The notes under the pieces: generated by a model
Databases searched by the model: none
What the model saw: the letters and a program-made list of their open reading frames with translations, nothing else
Told to the model about the DNA's origin: nothing
Made by a program: the position numbers and the translations under genes
Shown here: positions 51,807-60,130 of the stretch, one piece after another
Layout of the letters: each line of letters starts with the position of its first letter
Position numbering within the stretch: the first letter of the stretch is position 1
DNA from: Nitrospinaceae bacterium
Lineage (GTDB): Bacteria > Nitrospinota > Nitrospinia > Nitrospinales > Nitrospinaceae
Length of the DNA stretch: 64,000 bases
Direction: 5' to 3'
Assembly: GCA_965223665.1 (NCBI GenBank)
Contig: OZ245011.1
Location: 1,664,001 to 1,728,000, forward strand

Positions 51807-51871
51807 GAGGAAAGTAGCAGCTCTATGACCAAGGTTTGAATTGGGGTAGAAGGAAGAACCGCCATAGCCTC
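51807..51871 (-). ncRNA. Structured RNA motif, copy C
   Basis: GAGG-CUA-UGGCGGUUCU-UCCUUCU...U-AGAGCUGCUA-CUUU-CCUC. Confidence 0.7.
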
Positions 51872-51962
51872 AAAATTTTTACTACTTTTCAATTTAATAT
51901 TTATTTTTCATTTAAATATTGAACTCATACTATTAGCTCTCCATTTCAGTATGCCTACAGAA

Positions 51963-52997
51963 CTATTTTCTGTCAATGGAGACTGTCCAAATTGTATCGC
52001 CTGTTTTTTGGAAATCGATGTGACAGTCGATGAACTTTTGGATCACATCGCGATTGGTCAGTGTATGCGGGGTCGGTTCCATAGTCGTGAACTTCCCCTT
52101 CCCTGCCAACGCCATCGGCAACAACAACTGATCCGCCAAATGCTCGCCCACTGCCGCGTTGCTGTTCAGATAAACTTGAGTGGCATCGCACACATTCCTC
52201 GCCACGGCTTCCGCTCGGACACCGCGCACTCCAAATCCCGCGACCACTTCCGTCACATTTTCGAAAACCAGTTTATTGAACACCACGTTGCCTGCACCGA
52301 CTGAGTCGTGAGTCTCACGTAATAACAACACCTCTTCCGGCCAGCCCATTTTTTTACCAACCACTTTCAACTCGCGTTTGGGAATGCTGACTTCCAAACC
52401 CGAGAACAACGCCTCAGCATACGCTTTTTTTTGTTTGCCGCGTGTCATCAAGTCCACCGGCTTTAACCGTTTCGCCGGGGTGATGGTAAACACCACCTTG
52501 CCCCCGCCGGCCGGATAAAACCCGTAACGGTGGATTTCTGCCTCCACACGCACGCCCATTGTCTTGAGGACCGGCAAATAACACTCTGCTAAAAAATCGA
52601 ACGGTGGCGAGGCCATGTTATGAGTTCCCCCTTCCAACGTAATGGTGGAAGGGTGCTCCGCCAACATCAACGCCGGCAATAAGGTTTGCGTCACCAAAGT
52701 GGTGCTGCCCGCCGTGCCAATGGCGAACTGATACCTGCCGCCCTGAACGGTTCCGGGAAGAAACTTTAACTCACCGGAACCCATTTCGGCCCCTGTGATT
52801 TTGGCTCCACTGATGGCCGCTGCCGCTTTGACCGATGTCAAATGCTGTCGTAACAATCCCGGCTTTTTGCGTCCCGCACGAATGTTGATCATGTGGAAGG
52901 GCTTTCCGGTGATCATCGCCAACGAGAGGGAGGTGCGCAGAATTTGTCCGCCTCCTTCTCCCTCAGACCCGTCAATTTTTATAATTTCTGTTTTCAT
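51963..52997 (-). CDS. rtcA: RNA 3'-terminal phosphate cyclase
   Basis: IDGSEGEGGGQILRTSL, NIRAGRKKPGLLRQHL, GGTHN, GFYPAGGG, VGEHLADQL, HTLTN. Confidence 0.97.
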   Translation of the reverse strand: MKTEIIKIDGSEGEGGGQILRTSLSLAMITGKPFHMINIRAGRKKPGLLRQHLTSVKAAAAISGAKITGAEMGSGELKFLPGTVQGGRYQFAIGTAGSTTLVTQTLLPALMLAEHPSTITLEGGTHNMASPPFDFLAECYLPVLKTMGVRVEAEIHRYGFYPAGGGKVVFTITPAKRLKPVDLMTRGKQKKAYAEALFSGLEVSIPKRELKVVGKKMGWPEEVLLLRETHDSVGAGNVVFNKLVFENVTEVVAGFGVRGVRAEAVARNVCDATQVYLNSNAAVGEHLADQLLLPMALAGKGKFTTMEPTPHTLTNRDVIQKFIDCHIDFQKTGDTIWTVSIDRK

Positions 52998-53049
52998 TCC
53001 TTGCTACCGTTAAATTTTGTTCTTTAAATCATTTCTCTATTTGGTTCTT

Positions 53050-53196
53050 AAAACCCTGGAGGTCAATCACTCCAGCCCGCAGCGTAACGTTAAACCCAGA
53101 ATGAACTTTCATTAGGTTGAGGTGTTTCCTCTCCTCAACAGACTTTTGAATATCCTTTTTGCCTCCAATCGCTAGATTGGAAAAGAGGGAGCACAT
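53050..53196 (-). repeat. Long form of the palindromic element
   Basis: Reverse-complement match to 17867-18014 and 44446-44580 (TCCAATCGCTAGATTGGA hairpin). Confidence 0.7.
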
Positions 53197-53235
53197 TTAC
53201 TTCTCCTTCAATATTTTCTTCTAAAGATGACATCT

Positions 53236-53382
53236 TGTATATAGAAGCAACTCAATTTCCTGAGAGCCTCCGAGGAGATGGAGTCCCAAAACCTCCCTGA
53301 AAAGTTGAATTGCTTCCCCAAACTCCTCTATACAAAAGGATGCAGGATAACTCTAAGAAAAAACTTTGAGCACCCTGCATCC
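53236..53382 (-). ncRNA. Two long hairpins between rtcB and rtcA, candidate structured RNA(s)
   Basis: GGAUGCAGG/CCUGCAUCC stem (53338-53382) and GGAAGCAAUUCAA/UUGAGUUGCUUCU stem (53243-53317); G-U pairs favour the minus strand. Confidence 0.4.
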
Positions 53383-53427
53383 CCATTGATCATCAAACAT
53401 CAATTTATCTAGTGGCGGCCACGACGT

Positions 53428-53480
53428 AAAATCCCTGAAGGTGAATCACCCTATCCCTCTTTAGAAAAGAGGGAATGCAT
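53428..53480 (-). repeat. Short palindromic element
   Basis: AAAATCCC..AGGTGAATCACCC..CCCTCTTTAGAAAAGAGGG. Confidence 0.75.
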
Positions 53481-53634
53481 CGTTCTTCTTTTCAAAAATT
53501 TTTTTCTAAAGACAAACTCTACTTTAGAATGAGATCTGTGGATTCAGCGTCCGCACCCACTCATCGAATATTAATGTCGCCCCTCACGGCCAGTGAGTCA
53601 TCGCATATAAATGTTCCCTCCGGACGGGGTCCGG

Positions 53635-54861
53635 TTAACCTTTGACGCAGACGACTTGTTTTAGAGTGTAGACCACTTCGACCAAGTCTTTTTGCGCTTC
53701 CATGACTTTATCGATGTCTTTGTAAGCGGACGGAGTTTCATCCACCACGCCGGAATCCTTCCGGCACTCGACGCCTTCCGTGGCTTTGACATGTTCATCG
53801 ACAGAGACTTTTTTCTTCGCTTCGGTACGCGACATCACCCGACCTGCTCCGTGGGAACAGCTGTGAAAGCTATCCTCGTTGCCAAGGCCGCGCACGATAA
53901 ACGACCGCGCGCCCATGCTTCCGGGAATGATTCCCATATCGCCCTGCCGCGCCCGCACCGCACCTTTGCGTGTGACAAAGACGTTCTCACCGAAGTGGTG
54001 TTCTTTGGTCACATAGTTGTGGTGACAGTTGATCGCTTCCACTTTCGCATCGAAAGGTTTATCAATCACGTGACGGGCCGCTTCCACCAAATGGGTCATC
54101 ATGATTTCGCGATTCCTTCGCGCAAAGTCCTGTGCCCATTCAACGGCAAACACATAATCTTCGAAATGTTCAGACCCTTCGGGAAAATACGACAGGTCCT
54201 TATTCGGCAGATTGATCATCCACCGTTCCATATCTTTTTTCGCCAGTTCAATGTACCGGGTACCGATCGCGTTACCGATCCCCCGGGAACCGGAATGCAG
54301 CATGAACCACACTCGATCGTTCTCATCGAGACACACTTCTACGAAGTGGTTTCCAGTTCCCAACGTCCCTAAATGATTCAGGTTGTTGCTGTTCTTTAAT
54401 CGCGGCATTCGCTCAGTAATCCGTTTGAATCCGGGTTCCAATTCTTTCCACGATTCCAAAGACCGCTCGGGTGGGTTTCCCCACGCCCCTTTATCTCGTC
54501 CACGTCGATGGCTGGATCTTCCATGCGGAATCGCTTCTTCAATGACGCACCGCAACTCGAACAAGTTATCCGGCAAATCTGCCGCTTCCAACGAAGTTCG
54601 CACGGCCATCATTCCACAGCCGATGTCCACCCCGACCGCCGCGGGAATGATGGCTCCTTTCGTAGGAACCACACTCCCGATCGTTGATCCTTTTCCCACA
54701 TGCACATCCGGCATCACCGCCAACCATTTATGGATGAACGGCAGTTGGGCAGTTTGTTTCAATTGCTCTTTCGCTTTATCGTCAACCGGCACCCCGCGTG
54801 TCCACATTTTAACCGGCGCGCCGTTTTCTTTTTGTATCACTTCATAGTTTTGAAAGTTCAT
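53635..54861 (-). CDS. rtcB: RNA ligase RtcB
   Basis: MPDVHVGKG, VGVDIGCG, LGTLGTGNHF, LHSGSRG, CHHNY, IPGSMG, SHGAGR, DETPSAYK; start placed at MNFQ (AAGGA SD) because the ATG at 54885 lies almost at the predicted transcription start. Confidence 0.97.
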   Translation of the reverse strand: MNFQNYEVIQKENGAPVKMWTRGVPVDDKAKEQLKQTAQLPFIHKWLAVMPDVHVGKGSTIGSVVPTKGAIIPAAVGVDIGCGMMAVRTSLEAADLPDNLFELRCVIEEAIPHGRSSHRRGRDKGAWGNPPERSLESWKELEPGFKRITERMPRLKNSNNLNHLGTLGTGNHFVEVCLDENDRVWFMLHSGSRGIGNAIGTRYIELAKKDMERWMINLPNKDLSYFPEGSEHFEDYVFAVEWAQDFARRNREIMMTHLVEAARHVIDKPFDAKVEAINCHHNYVTKEHHFGENVFVTRKGAVRARQGDMGIIPGSMGARSFIVRGLGNEDSFHSCSHGAGRVMSRTEAKKKVSVDEHVKATEGVECRKDSGVVDETPSAYKDIDKVMEAQKDLVEVVYTLKQVVCVKG

Positions 54862-54898
54862 CGTATCGTTCCTTTCGTTTCGCATTCACCCTAAGTAT

Positions 54899-54914
54899 AG
54901 CAACGCGCGTGCCA
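54899..54914 (-). promoter_or_regulatory. Sigma-54 -24/-12 promoter of rtcBA
   Basis: TGGCAC-GCGCG-TTGCT matches the consensus; IHF-like TAACTCATTGTTT at 54942-54954. Confidence 0.92.
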
Positions 54915-55055
54915 GTATTTTCAGAGCCCTTAAAATTTTTATAACTCATTGTTTTTAAAAGGATAAACTTTTTAGTTCCAAAAAAAGCCTTCTCCTCAAG
55001 ACTTCTTATTTTATAATATATTCTAGTCTTTTATAAATTAAGCTAGAGATTAATC

Positions 55056-56633
55056 ATGGTTGTGATCGGCTTCCTCGGCACCACTCGTGATGGTGGACTT
55101 CAAGACAAAAAGCGTTGGGACAAATGGCGACCCACGGTTAGCCTGTGCCAGCAGGAAGATATCCTCATCGATCGGCTGGATCTGCTAATCGATATTAAGT
55201 TCACCAAACTCGCCGGCATGGTCACTCGGGATATCAAACAAGTTTCCCCCGAAACCAAAGTGGTCCCACACACACTCAATTTAAAAAATCCCTGGGACTT
55301 TGAAGAAGTCTACGGAGCCCTGCACGATTTTTCAATGAACTATCCGTTCGATCCAGACCGCGAAGACTACTTCATGCACATTACCACTGGAACGCACGTT
55401 TCTCAAATCTGTATGTTCCTGCTAACCGAAGCGCGGTACTTTCCGGCAAAATTGATTCAAACCTCGCCACCAATGCGACGACAAGAGGGACCCGGCAGCT
55501 ATGCCATCATCGACCTCGATCTTTCCAAATACGATCGCATCGCCCAACGGTTTCAGGTAGAACATGAAGAAGCCACCGAGTTTTTGAAGTCTGGCATTCA
55601 AACACGCAACCGGGCGTTCAATGAAATGATCGACCAAATCGAAAAGGTCGTGATCAAAACCTGGTTCCCGGTTCTGCTCATGGGCCCGACCGGTGCAGGA
55701 AAATCGCAACTGGCGCGGCGGATATACGATCTCAAAAAAATGCGACACCAAATGGACGGTCCCTTCGTCGAAGTCAACTGCGCCACCCTGCGCGGCGACA
55801 GCGCCATGTCGACTTTGTTCGGTCACAAGAAGGGCGCGTTCACCGGTGCGGTGAGCGATCGCCCGGGTCTGCTCCTCTCTGCGAACAAAGGCGTACTGTT
55901 CCTCGACGAGATCGGCGAACTGGGTCTGGACGAACAAGCCATGATCCTGCGCGCCATCGAAGAAAAATGTTTTCTACCGGTCGGGTCCGATAAAGAAGCG
56001 CAAAGCGACTTTCAACTGCTCGCCGGAACCAATAAGGACCTCACTCAGGAAGTCGCGCAAGGACGGTTCCGCGAGGACTTGTACGCGCGGCTCAATCTGT
56101 GGACGTTTGCCATTCCCGGACTGAAGGACCGACGCGAAGACCTGGAACCCAACATCGAATACGAACTGCGCAAGTATTCAGAAGAGAATGCGCAGAACAT
56201 CACGTTCAATAAGGAAGCACGTGAGAAATATCTGAAGTTCGGGTTATCCGGTCAGGCCGTGTGGTCGGCCAACTTTCGCGACTTGTCCGCCTCCATTAAC
56301 CGCATGGCCACGTTGGCGGAAAGTGGACGCATTCGCGTGAAAGACGTCACCGCAGAGATCGAAAAGTTAAAGCTGTTGTGGCACACCGCCTCGAAAGATC
56401 CAGCGACACAAATTTTAACATCATTATTGAGTCAAAAGCAAATGGAAGCGATCGATTTATTCGACCGCGTGCAGTTGGCAAAAGTGATCGAAGTATGCCG
56501 CAGCGAACCGACGATGAGCGCGGCAGGAAGGAAATTGTTCTCCAGCACCCGCACCAAAAAGAAAGTCACCAACGACGCCGACCGCCTGAGAAAATACCTG
56601 CAGCGGTTCAACCTGACTTTTCCTCTCGATTGA
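55056..56633 (+). CDS. rtcR: Sigma-54-dependent RNA-repair activator RtcR (CARF, AAA+, HTH)
   Basis: RWDKWRPTVSLCQ, PWDFEEVY, HITTGTHV, GPTGAGKS, GAFTGA, FLDEIGEL, NDADRLRKYL; divergent from rtcB. Confidence 0.97.
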   Translation: MVVIGFLGTTRDGGLQDKKRWDKWRPTVSLCQQEDILIDRLDLLIDIKFTKLAGMVTRDIKQVSPETKVVPHTLNLKNPWDFEEVYGALHDFSMNYPFDPDREDYFMHITTGTHVSQICMFLLTEARYFPAKLIQTSPPMRRQEGPGSYAIIDLDLSKYDRIAQRFQVEHEEATEFLKSGIQTRNRAFNEMIDQIEKVVIKTWFPVLLMGPTGAGKSQLARRIYDLKKMRHQMDGPFVEVNCATLRGDSAMSTLFGHKKGAFTGAVSDRPGLLLSANKGVLFLDEIGELGLDEQAMILRAIEEKCFLPVGSDKEAQSDFQLLAGTNKDLTQEVAQGRFREDLYARLNLWTFAIPGLKDRREDLEPNIEYELRKYSEENAQNITFNKEAREKYLKFGLSGQAVWSANFRDLSASINRMATLAESGRIRVKDVTAEIEKLKLLWHTASKDPATQILTSLLSQKQMEAIDLFDRVQLAKVIEVCRSEPTMSAAGRKLFSSTRTKKKVTNDADRLRKYLQRFNLTFPLD

Positions 56634-56642
56634 TTTCAATTA

Positions 56643-58160
56643 TTATTGAAGCGGTCTAAACTTTCGCCTGAAAGACCCGGTCGCTCTTCCCCGAGGAGTC
56701 ACGCGCTTTCCAAAACCATTATGATGTTCTATATATGTCAGGTAATTGGTTTTATCTAATACCGTCCATTTCAGCAACTTGTCTCCCAATTGACCGATAA
56801 GCGCCATAGTCTTGTCTGGGAAAATGAGCCAATAAGAAAAACCTCTCATCTCCTCAGAGATCCCTATAAAAATAATGTTTTTTGAATATGGGTAATTAAG
56901 ATTCTTCCATTCGGTTTTTGTCGATTTTTTAAAACCTTTAATAAAACTTTCATATTCTTCTTCAGTGATCGAAACCCCATTTTCATATTGAATGGAAAAT
57001 AAATAATAAGGGTGTTCTTTGATATATTTACCGAGCCAGGGAACCTTTAAAACCCGGTTTCCATATTTTTTGACTTGTGTAGAAGAAAAATGATCGAGTT
57101 GAAGCTTTCCATTCTCAACCCTGGCTACAAAATTCACTGCAAGGTTTCGCGGCCAGGTTTTATAATTCAGCTTTGCTGTCCAGCGGTCTTCTGAATATGA
57201 ATTATTCTTTGAGCGCATTCCACTTTCCAGAATGTCAAAATCTTGCTTTATCGGGACCACTTCCTCTTTTAGGGCTTTCAAAGATTCAATAGTTTCAGAA
57301 ATATCAAAGTACCAGGGATTTCTTACATCTTTCCGCCATACAATTTGATTGATCATTTCCGGGAGATCTACATAAATTCTTTCAAAGTTGGCACATTGGG
57401 GATGCAGTAAGTTTCCCAAAGCTTTACTGATCTTAAGGTCATAATTAATGTAAGTTTTTCTATTTGTCTCTATGGTCCAAGGAACCATAAAAATGTGTAA
57501 TGCCTTTGAACTCACTTTAATGAATTCACCATTATTCAATTGAATCTCTATATTTATTTGAGGATGATCATGCGACCAACTGGAGTTAAAGAAATATTTT
57601 AGTTTTCTTAAGGTGAAATCCACATTGGCTAATCTATTGAGATGAAATTTTCTATAAAACTCTATTTCAGGAATGTCCTCCATGGTATAACCTTTGAATT
57701 CTGGTTCTAACTTCTTTTCTGCGACGGAAGTTAGCCACTCCTGGTTAATCCCCAATTGATTTAGATCTAACTCTTTCTTAGGAGGTGCTTTTACTACCTC
57801 TAAAAACTTTTTAATTTTTTCAATTGGAATTTTGACAGAATCTGTATTCACCGTTTTCTTTTTGTTTTTCAGAGACCACTGATAATTCTCTTCTTGATCA
57901 GGATCCAGTTTCTGTTTGTTGCGAGTGATGTCTAAAACAGCCAACCTGGTTTTATACTCATTTTCTGAGCGATATATTTCAAAATCACATTCACTTTTAC
58001 CATAATGAAATTGAAACAAAGTTGAGTTAATTTTAATCGACTCTACATTTGCACCCAATGAAGATTGAGCACAAACAATGAAAAGAAGGAACAAAAAATG
58101 CCAAATGAAGTAAATTCTCTTTATCTGGGTAATCTTCAATTTAACCTGAATATCATTCAA
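56643..58160 (-). CDS. Hypothetical exported protein
   Basis: 505-aa AT-rich ORF with N-terminal hydrophobic signal. Confidence 0.7.
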   Translation of the reverse strand: MNDIQVKLKITQIKRIYFIWHFLFLLFIVCAQSSLGANVESIKINSTLFQFHYGKSECDFEIYRSENEYKTRLAVLDITRNKQKLDPDQEENYQWSLKNKKKTVNTDSVKIPIEKIKKFLEVVKAPPKKELDLNQLGINQEWLTSVAEKKLEPEFKGYTMEDIPEIEFYRKFHLNRLANVDFTLRKLKYFFNSSWSHDHPQINIEIQLNNGEFIKVSSKALHIFMVPWTIETNRKTYINYDLKISKALGNLLHPQCANFERIYVDLPEMINQIVWRKDVRNPWYFDISETIESLKALKEEVVPIKQDFDILESGMRSKNNSYSEDRWTAKLNYKTWPRNLAVNFVARVENGKLQLDHFSSTQVKKYGNRVLKVPWLGKYIKEHPYYLFSIQYENGVSITEEEYESFIKGFKKSTKTEWKNLNYPYSKNIIFIGISEEMRGFSYWLIFPDKTMALIGQLGDKLLKWTVLDKTNYLTYIEHHNGFGKRVTPRGRATGSFRRKFRPLQ

Positions 58161-58292
58161 TTAAATTTTTCCTTTAATTCTGGATTCATCTTTATTTAGT
58201 TTCGGGCAAAATTTGTTTCAGATCAATCATTTTTGGGTAATCCCACCTTTATCTTTACTAAAGAAAACTTTCTCAAAAACTCAAAGTTCTTA

Positions 58293-58329
58293 TTGACATT
58301 TCTTCCAAATTTTTGTATTTCTAGAAATA
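58293..58329 (+). promoter_or_regulatory. ars promoter/operator
   Basis: TTGACA-N17-TATTTC; perfect palindrome TATTTCTAGAAATA 58316-58329 reaching the ATG. Confidence 0.7.
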
Positions 58330-58667
58330 TGGAAATAATGAGTGCGGTTGCAGCGTTATCGGCCCTGGCTCAGGAGAGTCGTTTGGAAATTTTCCGCTTG
58401 CTGGTGCAGGCGGGCGAAGGCGGAATGCCTGCCGGGAAAATCGGGGAAGAGTTGGAGTTGCCCTCTTCCACCCTTTCTTTTCATTTGAGTCAGCTGAAGC
58501 AGGCCGGGTTGATCGGGTGCCACCGCGAAGGGACTACTTTATTTTATTTTGCGAACTACACTTCCATGAATGCACTCATGGAATATCTTACTGAAAACTG
58601 TTGCCAGGGCGAGTCGGAAAACTGTCTGGTTCCCACCGCCTGTGGTTCCGAAAATAGAAGAAAATAA
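58329..58667 (+). CDS. arsR: Arsenic-responsive repressor ArsR (C-terminal vicinal Cys type)
   Basis: ALSALAQESRLEIFRLLVQAG..G..AG.I...STLSFHL...LTENCC. Confidence 0.9.
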   Translation: MEIMSAVAALSALAQESRLEIFRLLVQAGEGGMPAGKIGEELELPSSTLSFHLSQLKQAGLIGCHREGTTLFYFANYTSMNALMEYLTENCCQGESENCLVPTACGSENRRK

Positions 58668-58690
58668 TTCATGCACGAAAGGGCAAATCC

Positions 58691-59134
58691 ATGAAACGAC
58701 TTCATATACATGTCTCGGTGGAAGATTTAAATAAATCGATCCAGTTTTATTCCACGTTGTTCGGCAGTGAACCCAGCAAACGCAAAGACGATTACGCGAA
58801 ATGGATGCTGGAAGATCCCAAGGTCAACTTTGCGCTTTCGGCGCGGGGAGCCAAAACGGGAATCGATCATCTCGGTATACAGGTCGAGGAGCCCAACGAA
58901 CTGGAGCATCTTCGGGAAAAATTAAAAAATGCGGATCTGCAAACTTATGCTGAAGGCAATACCACTTGTTGCTATGCGGTCTCCGACAAAACCTGGGTGG
59001 AAGATCCCAGCGGCATTGCCTGGGAAACGTATCACAATATGGGTGATGCCGAGTTTTTTAACGATGCCGCTCCCGGAGAGGATTCCTGCTGCACGCCGGA
59101 AAGACCGCGAGCCGAATCGGGCGGGTGCGGTTAA
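58691..59134 (+). CDS. ArsI/CadI-family VOC metalloenzyme
   Basis: MKRLHIHVSV.DL..SI.FY, DYAKWMLEDP, TTCCYA.SDKTWVEDPSG. Confidence 0.92.
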   Translation: MKRLHIHVSVEDLNKSIQFYSTLFGSEPSKRKDDYAKWMLEDPKVNFALSARGAKTGIDHLGIQVEEPNELEHLREKLKNADLQTYAEGNTTCCYAVSDKTWVEDPSGIAWETYHNMGDAEFFNDAAPGEDSCCTPERPRAESGGCG

Positions 59135-59216
59135 TCCATAACATTTTATCTTTGTCATTTTGCCCCACAATATTCGGTGAAGGAAATTATAAGAATTTTT
59201 AGAAAGGAAAAACGTT

Positions 59217-59741
59217 ATGAACAACAAAATTTATAATGTTCTATTTCTTTGTACCGGGAATTCGGCAAGAAGCATTTTAGCAGAGTGCATCCTCAATCGA
59301 GTTGGAAAGGGAAAGTTCAAGGCCTACAGTGCAGGCAGTCAGCCGAAAGGGCAAGTGCATCCAATGTCGCTCCAGGTACTCAAGGAATACAATTTTATAA
59401 CCGATGATTTGCGCAGTAAAGATTGGAAAGAATTCTCCGCGCCCGATGCTCCAGATTTGGATTTCGTTTTCACCGTGTGCGATCAGGCGGCTCGGGAACC
59501 GTGCCCGGTGTGGCCCGGCCAACCCCTTTCGGCGCATTGGGGATTCGAAGACCCGGCGGCCTTTGAGGGTTCTGTGTCGGAACAGTTAAAACAATTCCAG
59601 AAAATTTTTAGAGAACTGACCACACGGATCAATCTTTTTGCCAATTTACCCATCGAGTCTCTCGATCGCCTGAGCCTGCAAAAGCGCCTGGACGACATGG
59701 AAAAACATGAGAAACCTTCTCCCCAAGCAAGTCAATCTTAA
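59217..59741 (+). CDS. arsC: Arsenate reductase, LMW-PTP fold
   Basis: VLFLCTGNSARS, TVCD.AA.E.CPVWPG, HWGFEDPA. Confidence 0.9.
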   Translation: MNNKIYNVLFLCTGNSARSILAECILNRVGKGKFKAYSAGSQPKGQVHPMSLQVLKEYNFITDDLRSKDWKEFSAPDAPDLDFVFTVCDQAAREPCPVWPGQPLSAHWGFEDPAAFEGSVSEQLKQFQKIFRELTTRINLFANLPIESLDRLSLQKRLDDMEKHEKPSPQASQS

Positions 59742-59778
59742 ATATCACCTTGAGCATAAAAATTCTCCATCCAGTTAT

Positions 59779-59847
59779 ACCAACGACGCCGACCGCCTTA
59801 GAAAATATTTACAGCGGTTCAACCTCACCTTGCCTGCCCACGCTTAG
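59779..59847 (+). pseudogene. Orphan alternative 3' end of rtcR (direct repeat of 56568-56633)
   Basis: Encodes TNDADRLRKYLQRFNLTLPAHA*; first 20 bp identical to 56568-56587. Confidence 0.85.
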
Positions 59848-60130
59848 AGGCAATTGGAATTAATATAATCCGGACTCAGCAACTCCGGGTTTGATTAAAT
59901 TTTTACATACTCATTTGAGGTTATTCATACATTTACGCTTTCCATCAGTCCCCGACTTTTTAAATCCTTTCCTTGATAACTCGCCTCGCCCTTACTCATT
60001 ATCTTTGGCAAACGGATCGTTAACGATTCTCTTTTGGTCTGCCCCATCCTATTCGGATGGATTGGTATCCTTTTTGCTCAATACTTTTCATGCTAACCCG
60101 TTAAATCAATTCTGTTTTTGGAGGTATAAC

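Noticed and set aside
51469-51871. CRISPR array or attC cassette interpretation of the three repeats
   Set aside because: Spacing is irregular (about 180 and 30 nt), copies diverge with compensatory pairing, there are no GTTRRRY/RYYYAAC ends, and no cas or intI gene is visible.
53570-53610. Hammerhead ribozyme after rtcB (GAUGA-stem-GAC)
   Set aside because: The CUGAUGA and GAAA core nucleotides are not intact.
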